From positions 4,888 through 68,887 of the forward strand of contig JANJTW010000057.1 of the NCBI GenBank assembly GCA_024710925.1: a stretch of 64,000 nt of DNA, written 5' to 3'. The position numbers were made by a program, and so were the translations under genes. Numbering within the stretch: the first letter of the stretch is position 1; every line of letters starts with the position of its first letter. Under the pieces are notes generated by a model that was not told the origin of the DNA, did no database searches, and saw only the letters and a list, made by a program, of their open reading frames with translations. Shown piece by piece: positions 1 through 10,186 of the stretch. This stretch comes from Rhodocyclaceae bacterium. GTDB taxonomy: Bacteria; Pseudomonadota; Gammaproteobacteria; Burkholderiales; Rhodocyclaceae.

Positions 1-510
1 GCACGCACGGCACCGGACCGGCAGGTGCTGGCCTTCATCACCAAGGCCAGCGAGAGCTACGCACTGAAGCAGCGCGAGCGCATCACGCTGGGCCTGCTCG
101 CCCGACACGAGGCGCTGACGGCGAAGGAGCTGGCGGCGCGGCTGGAACTGGCCGGCACCGATCAACTGCGCCTCTGGCTGGATCGCCTGTGCGATTGGGG
201 GTTGGTCGGCCAGAGCGGCCGCACGCAGGCAACACGCTATTTCGTGAATCCCGAACTGCTGCGCACGCTCGACTTTCCGGCGACGACGACGCTCAAGCGG
301 ATCGAGGAGCATCGGCTGCGGGCGCTTGTGATCGAGGATCTTCAGCGCTACCCGGCATCCTCTCTCGGAGACATTCACACGCGCATCGGCACCGAAATTC
401 CGCGGCGCAGATTGCAGGCGGTGCTGTCTCGCCTGATCGTGCAACAGCAGGTTCGCATGGAAGGGGAGCGACGTTGGGCGCGCTATTCGCTGGTGACAGC
501 CGAGCTATGA
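1..510 (+). CDS. C-terminal fragment of a putative transcriptional regulator (RecG-like/AlbA_2-Schlafen-type family, winged-helix C-terminus); N-terminus lies upstream of the window
   Basis: Frame-1 ORF is open at the window edge and ends at TGA 508-510. Winged-helix-like segments (LTAKELAARLEL..., TRYFVNPELL) resemble the C-terminal part of this regulator family. Confidence 0.5.
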   Translation, partial: ARTAPDRQVLAFITKASESYALKQRERITLGLLARHEALTAKELAARLELAGTDQLRLWLDRLCDWGLVGQSGRTQATRYFVNPELLRTLDFPATTTLKRIEEHRLRALVIEDLQRYPASSLGDIHTRIGTEIPRRRLQAVLSRLIVQQQVRMEGERRWARYSLVTAEL

Positions 511-897
511 ACAGTTTTTGTCTGAATCCGGCCGGGTTTGTTTATACGAGGCGTGCATGGTCGTCAGAAGCATAGGGCAACGCATTGAAAAAAAAGACTT
601 TTCGACAACATGTCTATGCACGGTTTATGGCAGCTCCGTTCTTGGGTAGAACACGAAGGCGGTGCGCAATGGTAAAGAAAGATTATCACGGATGAATCTG
701 GACACGGACGAGCCCTGCATCGCCAATACCATCGATTTCAACAGATGGGTGACAGACAAAGTCTCTTGGACGATAGCGCGTGTCGCCAATGGAAAGACTC
801 GCTTGCTTGAACACAGCGATGCGATGACTTCACTCGAGCGCCGATTGGTGGCGTGTATCGATACGGAGCAAGTGCGCACGCCGTTGTAATCAGGCGG

Positions 898-1779
898 CTA
901 CCTCCCCTGCCGCTCCCGCACCGTCTCCAGATGCCGGCACAGCATCTCCGTGCCGTCGAGCAGCCGCGGCGTGTGCCGCTGGATCAGCTCGGGCTGCACG
1001 AAGAACAGGTTGTCGCGCTTCACCGCTTCGATGCTCGTCCATTTCTTCCAGTCGTCGAGCCATTCCGGGCGTGAGTCGCCCATGCCGCTGGCGACGATGG
1101 CTTCCGGGTTGGCGGCGATCACCGCTTCGACCGTCACCGTCGGCGCCATCTGCTCCAGCTTGCCGAAGACGTTGTCGCCGCTGCACAGGCGGATGGCGTC
1201 GGAGATGATCTGGTTCTTGCCGACCGTCATCAGCGGCTGCTTCCAGATCTGGTAGAAGGTGCGCACCGGCGCCTTGCCGCCGTACTGCGCGCGCAGCGCA
1301 GCCAGCCGTTCGCGGAAGCGCTTCGCCTCGGCGCCGGCGACGGCGCCGGTGCCGGCGAGCGTGCCGAGACGTTCGATCTCGCTGGCGACGTCTTCGATGC
1401 GGTTCGGCTGCGACACGTACAGCGTGTAGCCGAGGCCCTTCAGCTTTTCCAGGTGGGCGGCGGCGTTGCCGCTCTGCCAGCCGACGACGAGGTCGGGCTT
1501 CAGCGCGGCGACGGCTTCCAGGTCGAGGCGCGAGTAGCCGCCGACGCGCCGGATCTTCTTCGCCGCTTCCGGATGGTCGCTGTAGTCGACGGTGCCGACG
1601 ACGCGGTCGCCGGCGCCGGCGGCGAACAGCGTTTCGGTCATGTGCGGGGCGAGGCTGACGATGCGTTTTGCCGGCTGTGCGAGCTTCACCGTGTTGCCGA
1701 TGTCGTCGCGGACGCTGACCTCGGCCTGCGCGGCAACGGCGACGAGGGAAAGGAGAAGCGGGAAGGCGGCACGCATCAT
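898..1779 (-). CDS. btuF: Periplasmic cobalamin-binding protein (Fe/B12 periplasmic-binding fold, BtuF-like)
   Basis: Signal peptide [19 protein letters not shown]. Motifs RIVSLAPHMTETLFAAGAGDRVVG and PDLVVGW are typical of BtuF/FhuD-type binding proteins. ATG 1779-1777 overlaps the cobD stop (ATGA). No btuCD genes in the window. Confidence 0.7.
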   Translation of the reverse strand: MMRAAFPLLLSLVAVAAQAEVSVRDDIGNTVKLAQPAKRIVSLAPHMTETLFAAGAGDRVVGTVDYSDHPEAAKKIRRVGGYSRLDLEAVAALKPDLVVGWQSGNAAAHLEKLKGLGYTLYVSQPNRIEDVASEIERLGTLAGTGAVAGAEAKRFRERLAALRAQYGGKAPVRTFYQIWKQPLMTVGKNQIISDAIRLCSGDNVFGKLEQMAPTVTVEAVIAANPEAIVASGMGDSRPEWLDDWKKWTSIEAVKRDNLFFVQPELIQRHTPRLLDGTEMLCRHLETVRERQGR

Positions 1780-2768
1780 GGCGGACTCCATTCGTTGAGG
1801 GCGGCGGCGAGGCGCTGCCATTCGGCTTCGCAGCCGGGCAGGCCGACGCGGATGCCGGGCTCGTCGGCGAACAGCCGGACGAGGATGCCGCGCGCGGCGA
1901 GGAAGTCGTGCAGCCTCTGCGCGTCAGCGGTCGGCAGCCAGCAGAACAGCGCCGTCGCGTGCACGTCGCCGAGCGGTGCCAGCAGCGCGCGCAGGCGTTC
2001 GCTGTCGGCGGCCAGCCGCAAGCGCGCGGCGGCCTGCCAGTCGTGGTCGGCGAGCGCCGCCTGGGCGACGGCGCGCGACGGGCCGCTGACCGACCACGGG
2101 CCGAGCACCTCGACCATCTGCGCGAGCAGTTCGCGGCGGCCGAGGACGAAGCCGACGCGGGCGCCGGCCAGCCCGAAGAACTTGCCAAGCGAGCGCAGCA
2201 CGATCAGGTTCGGCGCTTCCTTCGTGCCGGCGACGGGGGCGACGCAATTTTCGGCGTCGGCATCGGCGAAGGCCTCGTCGACGATCAGCGTGCCGCCGCG
2301 CTTCTTCAGCTGCGCCGCGGCGTCGAGCAGCTCGTCGCGCGCATAGGCGCGGCCGGTCGGGTTGTTCGGGTTGCACAGCAGCACGTTCGGCGTCATCGCC
2401 GCCAGCGCCCGCGCCAGCGTTGCCCCGGGCAGCCGGCGGACCTTGTGCCCGGCACGCTCCCAGGCGTGCGGGTGCTCGGCGTAGAGCGGCGCCGGCATCG
2501 CCACCGCGGCGCGCGGCAAGAGCGTCGGCAGGCACTGGATCGCCGCCTGCGAGCCGGCGACCGGCAGCAGGTGGGTGTTGCCGTAGTACGCCGCGGCCGC
2601 TGCCTCCAGCCCGTCGTTGTCTTCCGGCAGCCGTTGCCAGCAGCTGGCCGGCAGCGGCGGCACCGGCCAGCCCTGCGGGTTGATGCCGGTCGACAGATCG
2701 AGCCAGTCGGCGAGCGGGATGTTCCAGTGCGCAGCGGCCAGCCGCAGGCGTCCGCCGTGTTCAAGCAT
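1776..2768 (-). CDS. cobD: Threonine-phosphate decarboxylase (class I/II aminotransferase fold; CobD in Salmonella naming, CobC in Pseudomonas naming)
   Basis: N-terminus HGG..AA....[10 protein letters not shown] and the PLP-lysine context [14 protein letters not shown]. Sits in an operon with cbiB. Confidence 0.8.
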   Translation of the reverse strand: MLEHGGRLRLAAAHWNIPLADWLDLSTGINPQGWPVPPLPASCWQRLPEDNDGLEAAAAAYYGNTHLLPVAGSQAAIQCLPTLLPRAAVAMPAPLYAEHPHAWERAGHKVRRLPGATLARALAAMTPNVLLCNPNNPTGRAYARDELLDAAAQLKKRGGTLIVDEAFADADAENCVAPVAGTKEAPNLIVLRSLGKFFGLAGARVGFVLGRRELLAQMVEVLGPWSVSGPSRAVAQAALADHDWQAAARLRLAADSERLRALLAPLGDVHATALFCWLPTADAQRLHDFLAARGILVRLFADEPGIRVGLPGCEAEWQRLAAALNEWSPP

Positions 2769-3708
2769 GCGCCGCTCCGTTCAGGAACAGCGCCGCCAGC
2801 GCGCCGACGAAGAGCGCGAGGCCCAGCCACAGCCGCTGGCCGTGGCGCACCAGCGTCAGCGCGCGGTGGATGTCGATGGCTGCCGGCGCGCGGCCTTCGC
2901 CGAGGCGCGGCCGAACTTCCAGCCGGCCGTGGTAGACCGCCGGGCCGCCGAGCGAGACCTGCAGCGCGCCGGCGCCGGCGGCCATCACCGGGCCGGCGTT
3001 CGGGCTGTCCCAGTGCGGCGCCTGCGCGCGCCAGCAGGCGAGCGCGCGCGCGGTCTTGCCGAACAGCGCGTAGGAGAGCGCGGTCAGCCGCGCCGGCAGG
3101 TAGTTCGCCGCGTCGTCGAGGCGCGCGGCGGCGGCGCCGAAGCGCAGGAAGCGTTCGTTGCGGTAGCCCCACATCGCGTCGAGCGTGTTCGCCAGCCGGA
3201 AGAGCAGCGCGCCCGGCCCGCCGAGCAGGAAAAACCAGAACAGCGCGCCGAACACCGCGTCGTTGCCGTTTTCCAGCAGCGATTCGACGGCCGCCTTCGA
3301 GACGCCTTCGGCGTCGAGCGCCGACGTGTCGCGCGAGACCATCCAGCCGACGTGCTCGCGTGCGGCGGCAAGGTTGCCGGCTTCGAGATCCTCGGCGACG
3401 CGTTCGCCGTGCTCCTCCAGCGCCCGGCCGCCGAGCGCGAAGCACAGCAGCAGCGGGTGCAGAAGCCAGCCGAGCGGCAGCGTGCACAGGAAGGCGGCAA
3501 GCAGCACCGGCGGCAGCACGACCAGGCTCCAGGCGGCAAGGCCGGCGAGGCGGGAGCCGCCGTTGCGGTTCAGGCGTTTTTCGAGCGCGCCGGCGACGCG
3601 GCCGAAGCCGACCAGCGGATGCCAGCGTTTCGGCTCACCGAGCAGGCGGTCGAGGGTGGCGCCGGCCATGGCGAAGAGCGGCAGCAGCAGGGGGGCGGGC
3701 AGGGGCAA
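2761..3708 (-). CDS. cbiB: Adenosylcobinamide-phosphate synthase
   Basis: Multi-TM protein with the [18 protein letters not shown] motif typical of CbiB/CobD. The start is TTG 3708; ATG 3669 is an alternative. The 3' end overlaps cobD by 8 nt. Confidence 0.85.
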   Translation of the reverse strand: MPLPAPLLLPLFAMAGATLDRLLGEPKRWHPLVGFGRVAGALEKRLNRNGGSRLAGLAAWSLVVLPPVLLAAFLCTLPLGWLLHPLLLCFALGGRALEEHGERVAEDLEAGNLAAAREHVGWMVSRDTSALDAEGVSKAAVESLLENGNDAVFGALFWFFLLGGPGALLFRLANTLDAMWGYRNERFLRFGAAAARLDDAANYLPARLTALSYALFGKTARALACWRAQAPHWDSPNAGPVMAAGAGALQVSLGGPAVYHGRLEVRPRLGEGRAPAAIDIHRALTLVRHGQRLWLGLALFVGALAALFLNGAAHA

Positions 3709-3762
3709 GATGGGGCGGTGCGAAGTGGGTGGCAGGAACGGGTGCCGGAACGGCGAACGCCG

Positions 3763-3791
3763 ATTCTACCGCGTGCGCCCCGCCGCGTCAG
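3763..3791 (-). promoter_or_regulatory. Putative sigma70 promoter of the cbiB-cobD-btuF operon
   Basis: Minus strand reads CTGACG (3791-3786), a 17-nt spacer, then TAGAAT (3768-3763). It lies about 55 nt upstream of the cbiB start. Confidence 0.4.
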
Positions 3792-3900
3792 GGCTGCGCG
3801 GCGCCCGGCGGTTTCGCCGGGTTGCCGGGGGCTGGCGCGGCCACCGGCTGGGGGGCTGGCGCCGGTGTTCCGGCACGGCCCCGTCGCGCCGCGGACCGCC

Positions 3901-5535
3901 TCAGCCGATGCGGAAGCGGCCGACCGTCGTCGACAGCCCCTGCGCCAGCGTGTTCAGTTCGGCGGCGGCGCTCGCCGTCTGGCTGGCCACCGCCGTGTTC
4001 TCCTCGGCCATCTGTGCGATGCGCTCGACGTTCTGGGCGATGTTGGTGGTCGCCGACGCCTGCTCGCTCATCGCCGCCGAGATGTCGTTGAGGCCGCCGC
4101 GCGTGCCGATCACCGCTTCCTCGGCGCTGGCGAGGACGCCGGAGACCTTGTGCATCAGCGTGCGCGCGGCATCCAGCCGGCGGTTGCTCTCGCCCATCGC
4201 CTGCTCGACGGTGTGCGAATGGGCGCCGACCTGCTGCGTGACGCGGTCGATCTCGCTCGCCGACTGCGACGATTTCTCGGCCAGCTTCCTGACCTCGTCG
4301 GCGACGACGGCGAAGCCGCGGCCGTGCTCGCCGGCGCGCGCCGCCTCGATCGCCGCGTTCAGCGCCAGCAGGTTGGTCTGCTCGGCGATTTCGCGCACCT
4401 GCCGCGTCAGCGTCGAGATCGCCTGCGTGCTGCCGATGAATTCGACCAGGCTGGTGTCCATCTGCGCCACCGAGGACTGCACGCCGTCGAGCTCGCTTTC
4501 CAGTTCGTGCACGCTGTGCGAGCCGTCGACTTCCTGCTGGTAACTGAGCTCGCCGAGTTCGCGGACCTGCGCGGTGTTCTCCGAAACGTGGGCGATGCTC
4601 ACCGTCATTTCCTCGACGGCGGCCGACATCGAGGCCGCCGATTCGCTTTGCGATTCGCTGCTGTCGCGCACCTGCACGGCGGCGGCGGCCAGCTGCTGCG
4701 CGGCGCCGGCGAGCTGGCCGGCGCTGCTGACGATGCTGGCGAAGCTGTCGCGCAGCGCGTCCATCAGGTGGTCGAAGGCGCGACCGGCGCGACCGATCTC
4801 GTCGCCGGCGCTGGCGCCGGTACGCAGCGTCAGGTCGCGCTGCTCGGCGACGCGGCGCATCACTTCCTGCAGCTCGGCCACCGGCCGGGTGATGCTGGCG
4901 CGGATCACCAGCAGCATGACGAAGCCGGCCAGCGCCAGCACGCCGAGGATGGCGCCGCCCTGCGTCAGCAGGTTGTGCAGGAAGGCGCGCTCGACGTCGT
5001 CGACATAGACGCCGGTGCCGACGATCCATTGCCACTGCGCGAACTGCCGGACGTGGGCGATCTTCGGTTGCGGCGCCGTGCTGCCCGGCTTCGGCCAGAC
5101 ATAGTGCAGCTCGCCGCCGTCCTTGCCGGCCGCCAGCCGGGCGAACTCGACGAAGATCGGCGTGCCGCCTTCGTCCTTGAAGGCCGACATGTCCTTGCCG
5201 TTCAGTTCCGGCTTGATCGGGTGCAGCACGATGCGCGCCGCCGCGTCCTGGATCCAGAAGTAGTCGCCGTCGCCGTGGCGCATGCGGCCGATCGCCGCCA
5301 GCGCCGCCGCCTTGGCCTGTTCCTCGCTCAGCTGGCCGCTCTGCGCCAGCGCCTGGTTCGCTTCGAGCACGGCCATCGCCTGCGCCACCAGCTGGCGGGC
5401 GTTGCCGGTCTTGTCGGCAAACATCTGCGTGCGGGTCTGCAGGAAGAGGACGAGCAGCGCGGCAACGATGACGATGCCGGCGCCGCCGAGGACGATCGCC
5501 AGCTTGCCGGCGATGCGGATGTCGCGAAAGGCCAT
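3901..5535 (-). CDS. Methyl-accepting chemotaxis protein with a periplasmic single-Cache-like sensor domain
   Basis: ATG 5535 is preceded by GGGAG. The order is TM, periplasmic region ([10 protein letters not shown]...), TM, HAMP, then the conserved MCP signalling hairpin ([36 protein letters not shown]). The longer tracked ORF (to 5988) has an implausible N-terminal extension. Confidence 0.9.
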   Translation of the reverse strand: MAFRDIRIAGKLAIVLGGAGIVIVAALLVLFLQTRTQMFADKTGNARQLVAQAMAVLEANQALAQSGQLSEEQAKAAALAAIGRMRHGDGDYFWIQDAAARIVLHPIKPELNGKDMSAFKDEGGTPIFVEFARLAAGKDGGELHYVWPKPGSTAPQPKIAHVRQFAQWQWIVGTGVYVDDVERAFLHNLLTQGGAILGVLALAGFVMLLVIRASITRPVAELQEVMRRVAEQRDLTLRTGASAGDEIGRAGRAFDHLMDALRDSFASIVSSAGQLAGAAQQLAAAAVQVRDSSESQSESAASMSAAVEEMTVSIAHVSENTAQVRELGELSYQQEVDGSHSVHELESELDGVQSSVAQMDTSLVEFIGSTQAISTLTRQVREIAEQTNLLALNAAIEAARAGEHGRGFAVVADEVRKLAEKSSQSASEIDRVTQQVGAHSHTVEQAMGESNRRLDAARTLMHKVSGVLASAEEAVIGTRGGLNDISAAMSEQASATTNIAQNVERIAQMAEENTAVASQTASAAAELNTLAQGLSTTVGRFRIG

Positions 5536-5704
5536 GGGACTCCCTTTGTAATGTGGCTTGTGCACTGCAAAACGGAGCAGAAGATAGGCCATCCGCATGC
5601 CCTTGTCGAGGTTTTCCTTGCCGCCGGCGCACGCGCGCCGCCGAGGGCGGCGGCGTGCGTGCGAAAATGCCAGCCCTTTCCCGTTCCTTCGTCCGTTTCC
5701 GATC

Positions 5705-7189
5705 GTGAAAACATCGACCCTGATGGTGCAGGGCTGCACCTCCGATGCCGGCAAGAGCACGCTGGTCGCCGCGCTGTGCCGCATCCTCAAGCGGCGCGGC
5801 GTGCGCGTCGCGCCGTTCAAGCCGCAGAACATGGCGCTCAACTCGGCGGTCACCGTCGACGGCGGCGAGATCGGCCGCGCGCAGGCGCTGCAGGCGCTGG
5901 CCGCCGGCCTTGCGCCGCACACCGATTTCAACCCGGTGCTGCTGAAGCCCGCCACCGACAAGCGGGCGCAGGTGATCATCCACGGCAAGGCGCTGACCGA
6001 TCTCGACGCCCTCGCCTACCACGCGTACAAGCCGCGGGCGATGAAGGCGGTGCTCGAATCGTACGCACGCCTCTGCACGCAGTACGACTGCGTCCTCGTC
6101 GAAGGTGCCGGCAGCCCGGCCGAGATCAACCTCCGGGACCGCGACATCGCCAACATGGGCTTCGCCGAGGCCGTCGACTGTCCGGTGATCCTGATCGCCG
6201 ACATCGACCGCGGCGGCGTCTTCGCCCACCTCGTCGGCACCCTCGAACTGCTGTCGCCGTCCGAGCAGGCGCGCGTCAAGGGCTTCGTCATCAACCGCTT
6301 CCGCGGCGACATCCGGCTGCTCGAATCCGGTCTCGACTGGCTGGAAGCGCGCACCGGCAAGCCGGTGCTCGGCGTCCTGCCCTACCTGCACGGCCTGTAT
6401 CTGGATGCCGAGGACGCGCTGCCGCGCGGCGCCGAGGCGAAGGGGGCGACGCGGCTGAAGGTGGTCGCGCCGGCCTACCCGCGCATCTCCAATCACAACG
6501 ACCTCGACCCGTTGCGCTTCCATCCCGACGTCGACTTCCGCTTCGTCGGCCCGAACGAAGCCCCGCCGCCGGCCGACCTGATCGTGCTGCCCGGGTCGAA
6601 GGCGGTGCCGGCCGACCTCGCCTGGCTGCGCGAGCACGGCTGGGAGGCGGCGATCGGCAAGCACCTGCGCTACGGCGGCAAGCTGATCGGCATCTGCGGC
6701 GGCTACCAGATGCTTGGCCGCCAGCTGCACGACCCGCTCGGGCTGGAAGGCGCGCCGGGCATTGCGCCCGGCCTCGGCCTGCTCGACTGCGAGACGACGC
6801 TGGCCAGCGAGAAGCAGCTGAAGAACGTGAGCGGCACGCTCAATCTGCCGGGCCAGCCGGCCGTGCGCGGCTACGAAATCCACATGGGGGTCACTGCCGG
6901 CCCGGCGCTGGCGGCGCCGGCGGCGCCGCGGGCCGGCCAGGCCGACGGCGCGCTGTCGGCCGACGGGCAGATCCTCGCCACCTACTGCCACGGCCTGTTC
7001 GACGCGCCGGCGGCGCTTGCCGCCCTGCTGCAATGGGCCGGCGCCGACGTCGGCGACACGCGGTTCGACGCCGCCGCTCGCCGCGAGGCCGACCTCGACC
7101 GGTTGGCCGACAGCGTCGAGCAGGCGCTCGACTGGAAAAAAATGGCCGCGTGGCTTGCGCCCGCGGCCATCGGTGGCGCCGTCGGCTAG
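5705..7189 (+). CDS. cobQ: Cobyric acid synthase
   Basis: [22 protein letters not shown]-loop region plus a C-terminal glutamine amidotransferase domain (ICGGYQMLG). The start is GTG 5705; ATG 5723 is an alternative. Confidence 0.9.
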   Translation: MKTSTLMVQGCTSDAGKSTLVAALCRILKRRGVRVAPFKPQNMALNSAVTVDGGEIGRAQALQALAAGLAPHTDFNPVLLKPATDKRAQVIIHGKALTDLDALAYHAYKPRAMKAVLESYARLCTQYDCVLVEGAGSPAEINLRDRDIANMGFAEAVDCPVILIADIDRGGVFAHLVGTLELLSPSEQARVKGFVINRFRGDIRLLESGLDWLEARTGKPVLGVLPYLHGLYLDAEDALPRGAEAKGATRLKVVAPAYPRISNHNDLDPLRFHPDVDFRFVGPNEAPPPADLIVLPGSKAVPADLAWLREHGWEAAIGKHLRYGGKLIGICGGYQMLGRQLHDPLGLEGAPGIAPGLGLLDCETTLASEKQLKNVSGTLNLPGQPAVRGYEIHMGVTAGPALAAPAAPRAGQADGALSADGQILATYCHGLFDAPAALAALLQWAGADVGDTRFDAAARREADLDRLADSVEQALDWKKMAAWLAPAAIGGAVG

Positions 7190-7264
7190 GACGGCGACCA
7201 CGGGGGGGATCGGGGCTCAGTCGCTCCGCAAGGGGACGTCTTCGTGATGCGCGGTTCGCATCGC

Positions 7265-7720
7265 TCAGTCGCCGCGGACCAGCAGCAGCGAGGTCTGCGC
7301 CTTGCGCACCAGGCGCTCGGCGACACTGCCGACGAAGAAGCGCTCGACGCCGCGGCGGCCGTGCGTGCCGACCACCAGCAGGTCGGCCTGCCATTCGGCG
7401 GCGGCTTCGGCGAGCATGTCCGAGATGTGCTTGGTTTCCGATTCGACCAGCTTCAGCTCGGCCTCGACGCCGGCCGCCAGCACGCGCTGCGCGGCGCGGT
7501 CGAGGAAGGCGCCGGCACCCCGGCGCATCTTGTACTCGGCCTTGCCGACGCTGTTCGGCAGCAGGTTTTCGGCGGTCGGATGGTGGCCGAACATGGTTTC
7601 GTCGAGCGCGTGCAGCAGGCCGAGCGTGGCGCCGCAGGCCTTGGAGAGTTCGACGGCGGTGTCGAGCACCTTGTCGGTCATGAAGCTGTCGTCGATGGCG
7701 ACGAGGATGCGCTTGTACAT
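7265..7720 (-). CDS. Universal stress protein (UspA family)
   Basis: MYKRILVAIDDS... and ...DLLVVGTHGRRGVERFFVGSVAERLVRKA are typical Usp ATP-binding motifs. Confidence 0.85.
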   Translation of the reverse strand: MYKRILVAIDDSFMTDKVLDTAVELSKACGATLGLLHALDETMFGHHPTAENLLPNSVGKAEYKMRRGAGAFLDRAAQRVLAAGVEAELKLVESETKHISDMLAEAAAEWQADLLVVGTHGRRGVERFFVGSVAERLVRKAQTSLLLVRGD

Positions 7721-7856
7721 GCGGGTCTCCTTGATGAAATCCTGAATATGTCAGACAACCTGAATAATCGAAAGGATACCACCGGCAATGGCGGCCGGAA
7801 ACACTTTCCGGCATGCGGGAAACGGGGCCGGCGGCCTGTCCGCGCGCGGCGGCCGC

Positions 7857-8423
7857 TTACTTGAGGCGCAGCGGCAGGCCGGCGGCGACGAGGGTGACGT
7901 TGTCGCAGGCGGCGGCGACACGCTGGTTGAGCCGACCCTGTTCGTCGGCGAAGCAGCGCGACACCGGGTGCATCGGCACGATGCCCCAGCCGACCTCGTT
8001 GGAAACGAGCAGGATGCGGCCGGGCAGCGTCGCCAGCGCCTCCAGCAGCGCCGCCGTCTCGTCGCGCAGCAGCGGGCAGTCGATGGCGGTGCCGGCTTCC
8101 GCCTGGCGCGCCGCGGCGCCGGCGAAGAGCAGGTTGGACAGCCACAGCGTCAGGCAGTCGACGAGCAGGCAGGCGTCGTCGGCCGCGTGCGCGCGCAGCG
8201 CCGCGGCGAGGTGCAGCGGCGCCTCGACCAGGCCCCAGTCGGGCGGCCGGCGCTCGCGGTGGTGGGCGATGCGCCGCGCCATCTCGGTGTCGCGCACCTC
8301 GGCCGTGGCCACGTAGATGATGCGCTGCCCGGCGTCGGCGGCGGCCGCCGCCCGGCGTTCGGCGAGCGCGCTCTTGCCGGAGCGGGCGCCGCCGAGGATC
8401 AGCTGTCGTTTTCCGTCGTTCAT
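7857..8423 (-). CDS. cobU: Bifunctional adenosylcobinamide kinase / adenosylcobinamide-phosphate guanylyltransferase
   Basis: P-loop LILGGARSGKSALAE and the overall CobU/CobP pattern. ATG 8423-8421 overlaps the upstream stop (ATGA). Confidence 0.85.
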   Translation of the reverse strand: MNDGKRQLILGGARSGKSALAERRAAAAADAGQRIIYVATAEVRDTEMARRIAHHRERRPPDWGLVEAPLHLAAALRAHAADDACLLVDCLTLWLSNLLFAGAAARQAEAGTAIDCPLLRDETAALLEALATLPGRILLVSNEVGWGIVPMHPVSRCFADEQGRLNQRVAAACDNVTLVAAGLPLRLK

Positions 8424-10186
8424 GTCGATGCCTTCGTTTGTTCTGCCGGCGCCGTCGAGCGTTCGCCGTCGGCGCGGCACCAGATGCCGCGGCCGGCGCT
8501 CTTCGCCGCGTACATCGCGCGGTCGGCGGCGCCGGTGAGGCTTTCCGCGTCGCTGCCGTCGCGCGGATAGCAGGCGATGCCGATCGATGCGCCGACCTGC
8601 AGGCGCAGGCCGTCGATGACGAGCGGCGCGGCGATCAGCCGGACCAGCTTGTCGGCGATGTGTTCCTCCTCGGCCGGTATCTCCAGTCCTTCGCAGACGA
8701 CGACGAACTCGTCGCCGCCGGGGCGGGCGATGTAGTCGCCGGCGCGCACGCCGTGCGTCAGGCGCTGCGCGATCTCGACCAGCACGCGGTCGCCGGTGCC
8801 GTGGCCGTGCGTGTCGTTGATCGGCTTGAAGCCGTCGAGGTCGATGAAGAACAGTGCCAGCCGGCGCTCCTGCCGCGCCGCGCGGGCCAGCGCCTGCGGC
8901 AGGAAGCCGATCAGGTTGCGGCGGTTGGCGAGCCCGGTCAGCCAGTCGTGCTGCGCCTCGTGGTCGAGCGCCCGGCTCTGCGCCTCAAGGGTCACCAGCT
9001 GTGCGCGGATCTGCGCTTGCATCGCGGCGAAGCGCCGCGCCAGCGCGCCGATCTCGTCCTGGCGCGCGGTCGGCAGCGGCGCCGCGCCGGGCTGGCCGAA
9101 TTTCGTCATCGCCGCCTCGATCTGCCGCAGCGAGGCGGTTTCCGCGCGCGCCAGGACGAGCGCGATGAGGACCGCGATGAGGCCGGCGATGAGCACGTTG
9201 CGCACAGCGTTGCTGGCCAGTTCGCCCCCCATCGCCAGGATGCCGGACAGCGGCTGCGCCAGACCGAGCGCGACGTGCATGCCGCGCGCGTCGCCGGCGC
9301 CGCGCCAGGCCGCCGGCAGCGTGTCGACGCGGTGAAAGGTGGCGATGCGCCCCGCTATCCCGGCACTGGCGTCGATCTGCAGGTTGACGCTTTCCGCGCG
9401 CCGCTCGAAGAGCGCCTGCGTTGCCGGGAAATGTTCCTGCACGCGTACCCGCTGTCCGCGGTCGAAGGCGAAGGCGAGCTGCGGGTCGGGGTGGATCAGG
9501 AAGTCGCCGTCGTCGTCGCTGAGAAAGAGTTCGGTATCGCCCGGCAGGTCGATCGCCAGCAGGCGGAAGAGGCCGTCGAGGTCGAGGTTGATGACGGCGA
9601 CGCCGAGCACCTGGCGGCCGGTCGTCACCTGCATCGCCAGCTGGATCGACGGCTGCCCCTCGGCATCGTGCGCGCCGTGCTCGCGGTTGATCGCCGCCGG
9701 CGACACGTAGAGGCCGGCGCGCGGCAGCGCCAGCGTCTCGAAGACGTACGGATAGTGCGCCTTCTCCTGCAGGTCGTCGGCCGCGACGACGAGCGGCCCG
9801 CCGGGGCCGCGGTCGACGCGCACCGTTTCGCGGCCGTCGCCGGCGGCGATCAGGCGGATCTGGAAATAGGCGTGCCGGTTGGCGATCATGCGCGCAAACA
9901 GGTCGGCGGCGTGCGCCGCGCTCTGCACGTCGCCGGCGAGCGCACTGGCGCTGTCCGGATGCTGCGCGATGAGCACCAGGTCGCGCTCGACGCTGTCCAG
10001 CGTCAGCGCGATGCGCCGGCTGAGCATGCGCGTCGCCGTCGCCAGCTGTTCCTTGGCGGTATCGACCAGCGCCTGCCGGCTGTCGCGGTAGGCGAAATAG
10101 CCGGTGAGGCCGGCGGCGAACAGCGCCAGCAGCGCGAAGGCGAGCGCCAGCCGGCGCGCCAGCGAGAGCTGCAGGCCGCCGCTCAC
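8420..10186 (-). CDS. Membrane diguanylate cyclase: TM, ~295-aa periplasmic Cache/PDC-like region, TM, HAMP-like region, GGDEF domain
   Basis: GTG 10186-10184 overlaps the upstream stop (GTGA). GGDEF motif is intact, with an RxxD I-site (RAGD + 5 aa + GGDEF). The tracked 1102-aa ORF is an over-extension into other genes. Confidence 0.85.
   Translation of the reverse strand: MSGGLQLSLARRLALAFALLALFAAGLTGYFAYRDSRQALVDTAKEQLATATRMLSRRIALTLDSVERDLVLIAQHPDSASALAGDVQSAAHAADLFARMIANRHAYFQIRLIAAGDGRETVRVDRGPGGPLVVAADDLQEKAHYPYVFETLALPRAGLYVSPAAINREHGAHDAEGQPSIQLAMQVTTGRQVLGVAVINLDLDGLFRLLAIDLPGDTELFLSDDDGDFLIHPDPQLAFAFDRGQRVRVQEHFPATQALFERRAESVNLQIDASAGIAGRIATFHRVDTLPAAWRGAGDARGMHVALGLAQPLSGILAMGGELASNAVRNVLIAGLIAVLIALVLARAETASLRQIEAAMTKFGQPGAAPLPTARQDEIGALARRFAAMQAQIRAQLVTLEAQSRALDHEAQHDWLTGLANRRNLIGFLPQALARAARQERRLALFFIDLDGFKPINDTHGHGTGDRVLVEIAQRLTHGVRAGDYIARPGGDEFVVVCEGLEIPAEEEHIADKLVRLIAAPLVIDGLRLQVGASIGIACYPRDGSDAESLTGAADRAMYAAKSAGRGIWCRADGERSTAPAEQTKAST

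Noticed and set aside
5536-5704. Possible cobalamin riboswitch in the 169-nt cobQ leader (contains GTGCACTGCAA and GCGAAAATGCC).
   Set aside because: The pieces are in the wrong order and context. There is no AGGGAA, no GGTG.GAA.CC-type J-region and no CCCGCCACTG box. This needs cmsearch RF00174 for a definitive answer.
2617-7683. A very long ORF (1688 aa). Similar giants occur elsewhere: 3788..7201 (-), 890..2188 (-), 1908..4091 (+), 21318..23138 (-), 36993..39077 (-), 38920..40818 (-), 45692..47830 (-), 47962..50355 (-), 60672..62852 (-), 32299..34944 (+).
   Set aside because: Their translations are monotonous Arg/Ala/Pro/Gly-rich low-complexity strings. They overlap genes with clear family motifs in other frames or on the other strand. 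This is the expected artefact of stop-codon-poor high-GC DNA.
7721-7856. FNR/Anr-type box or terminator in the uspA-cobU gap (TTGATGAAATCCTGAA, a direct repeat CCTGAATA x2, and the hairpin GCCGGAAA-CAC-TTTCCGGC at 7793-7811).
   Set aside because: Only one TTGAT half-site is present and it overlaps the uspA RBS region. The hairpin lacks a U-tract on either strand. The evidence is insufficient to call a site.
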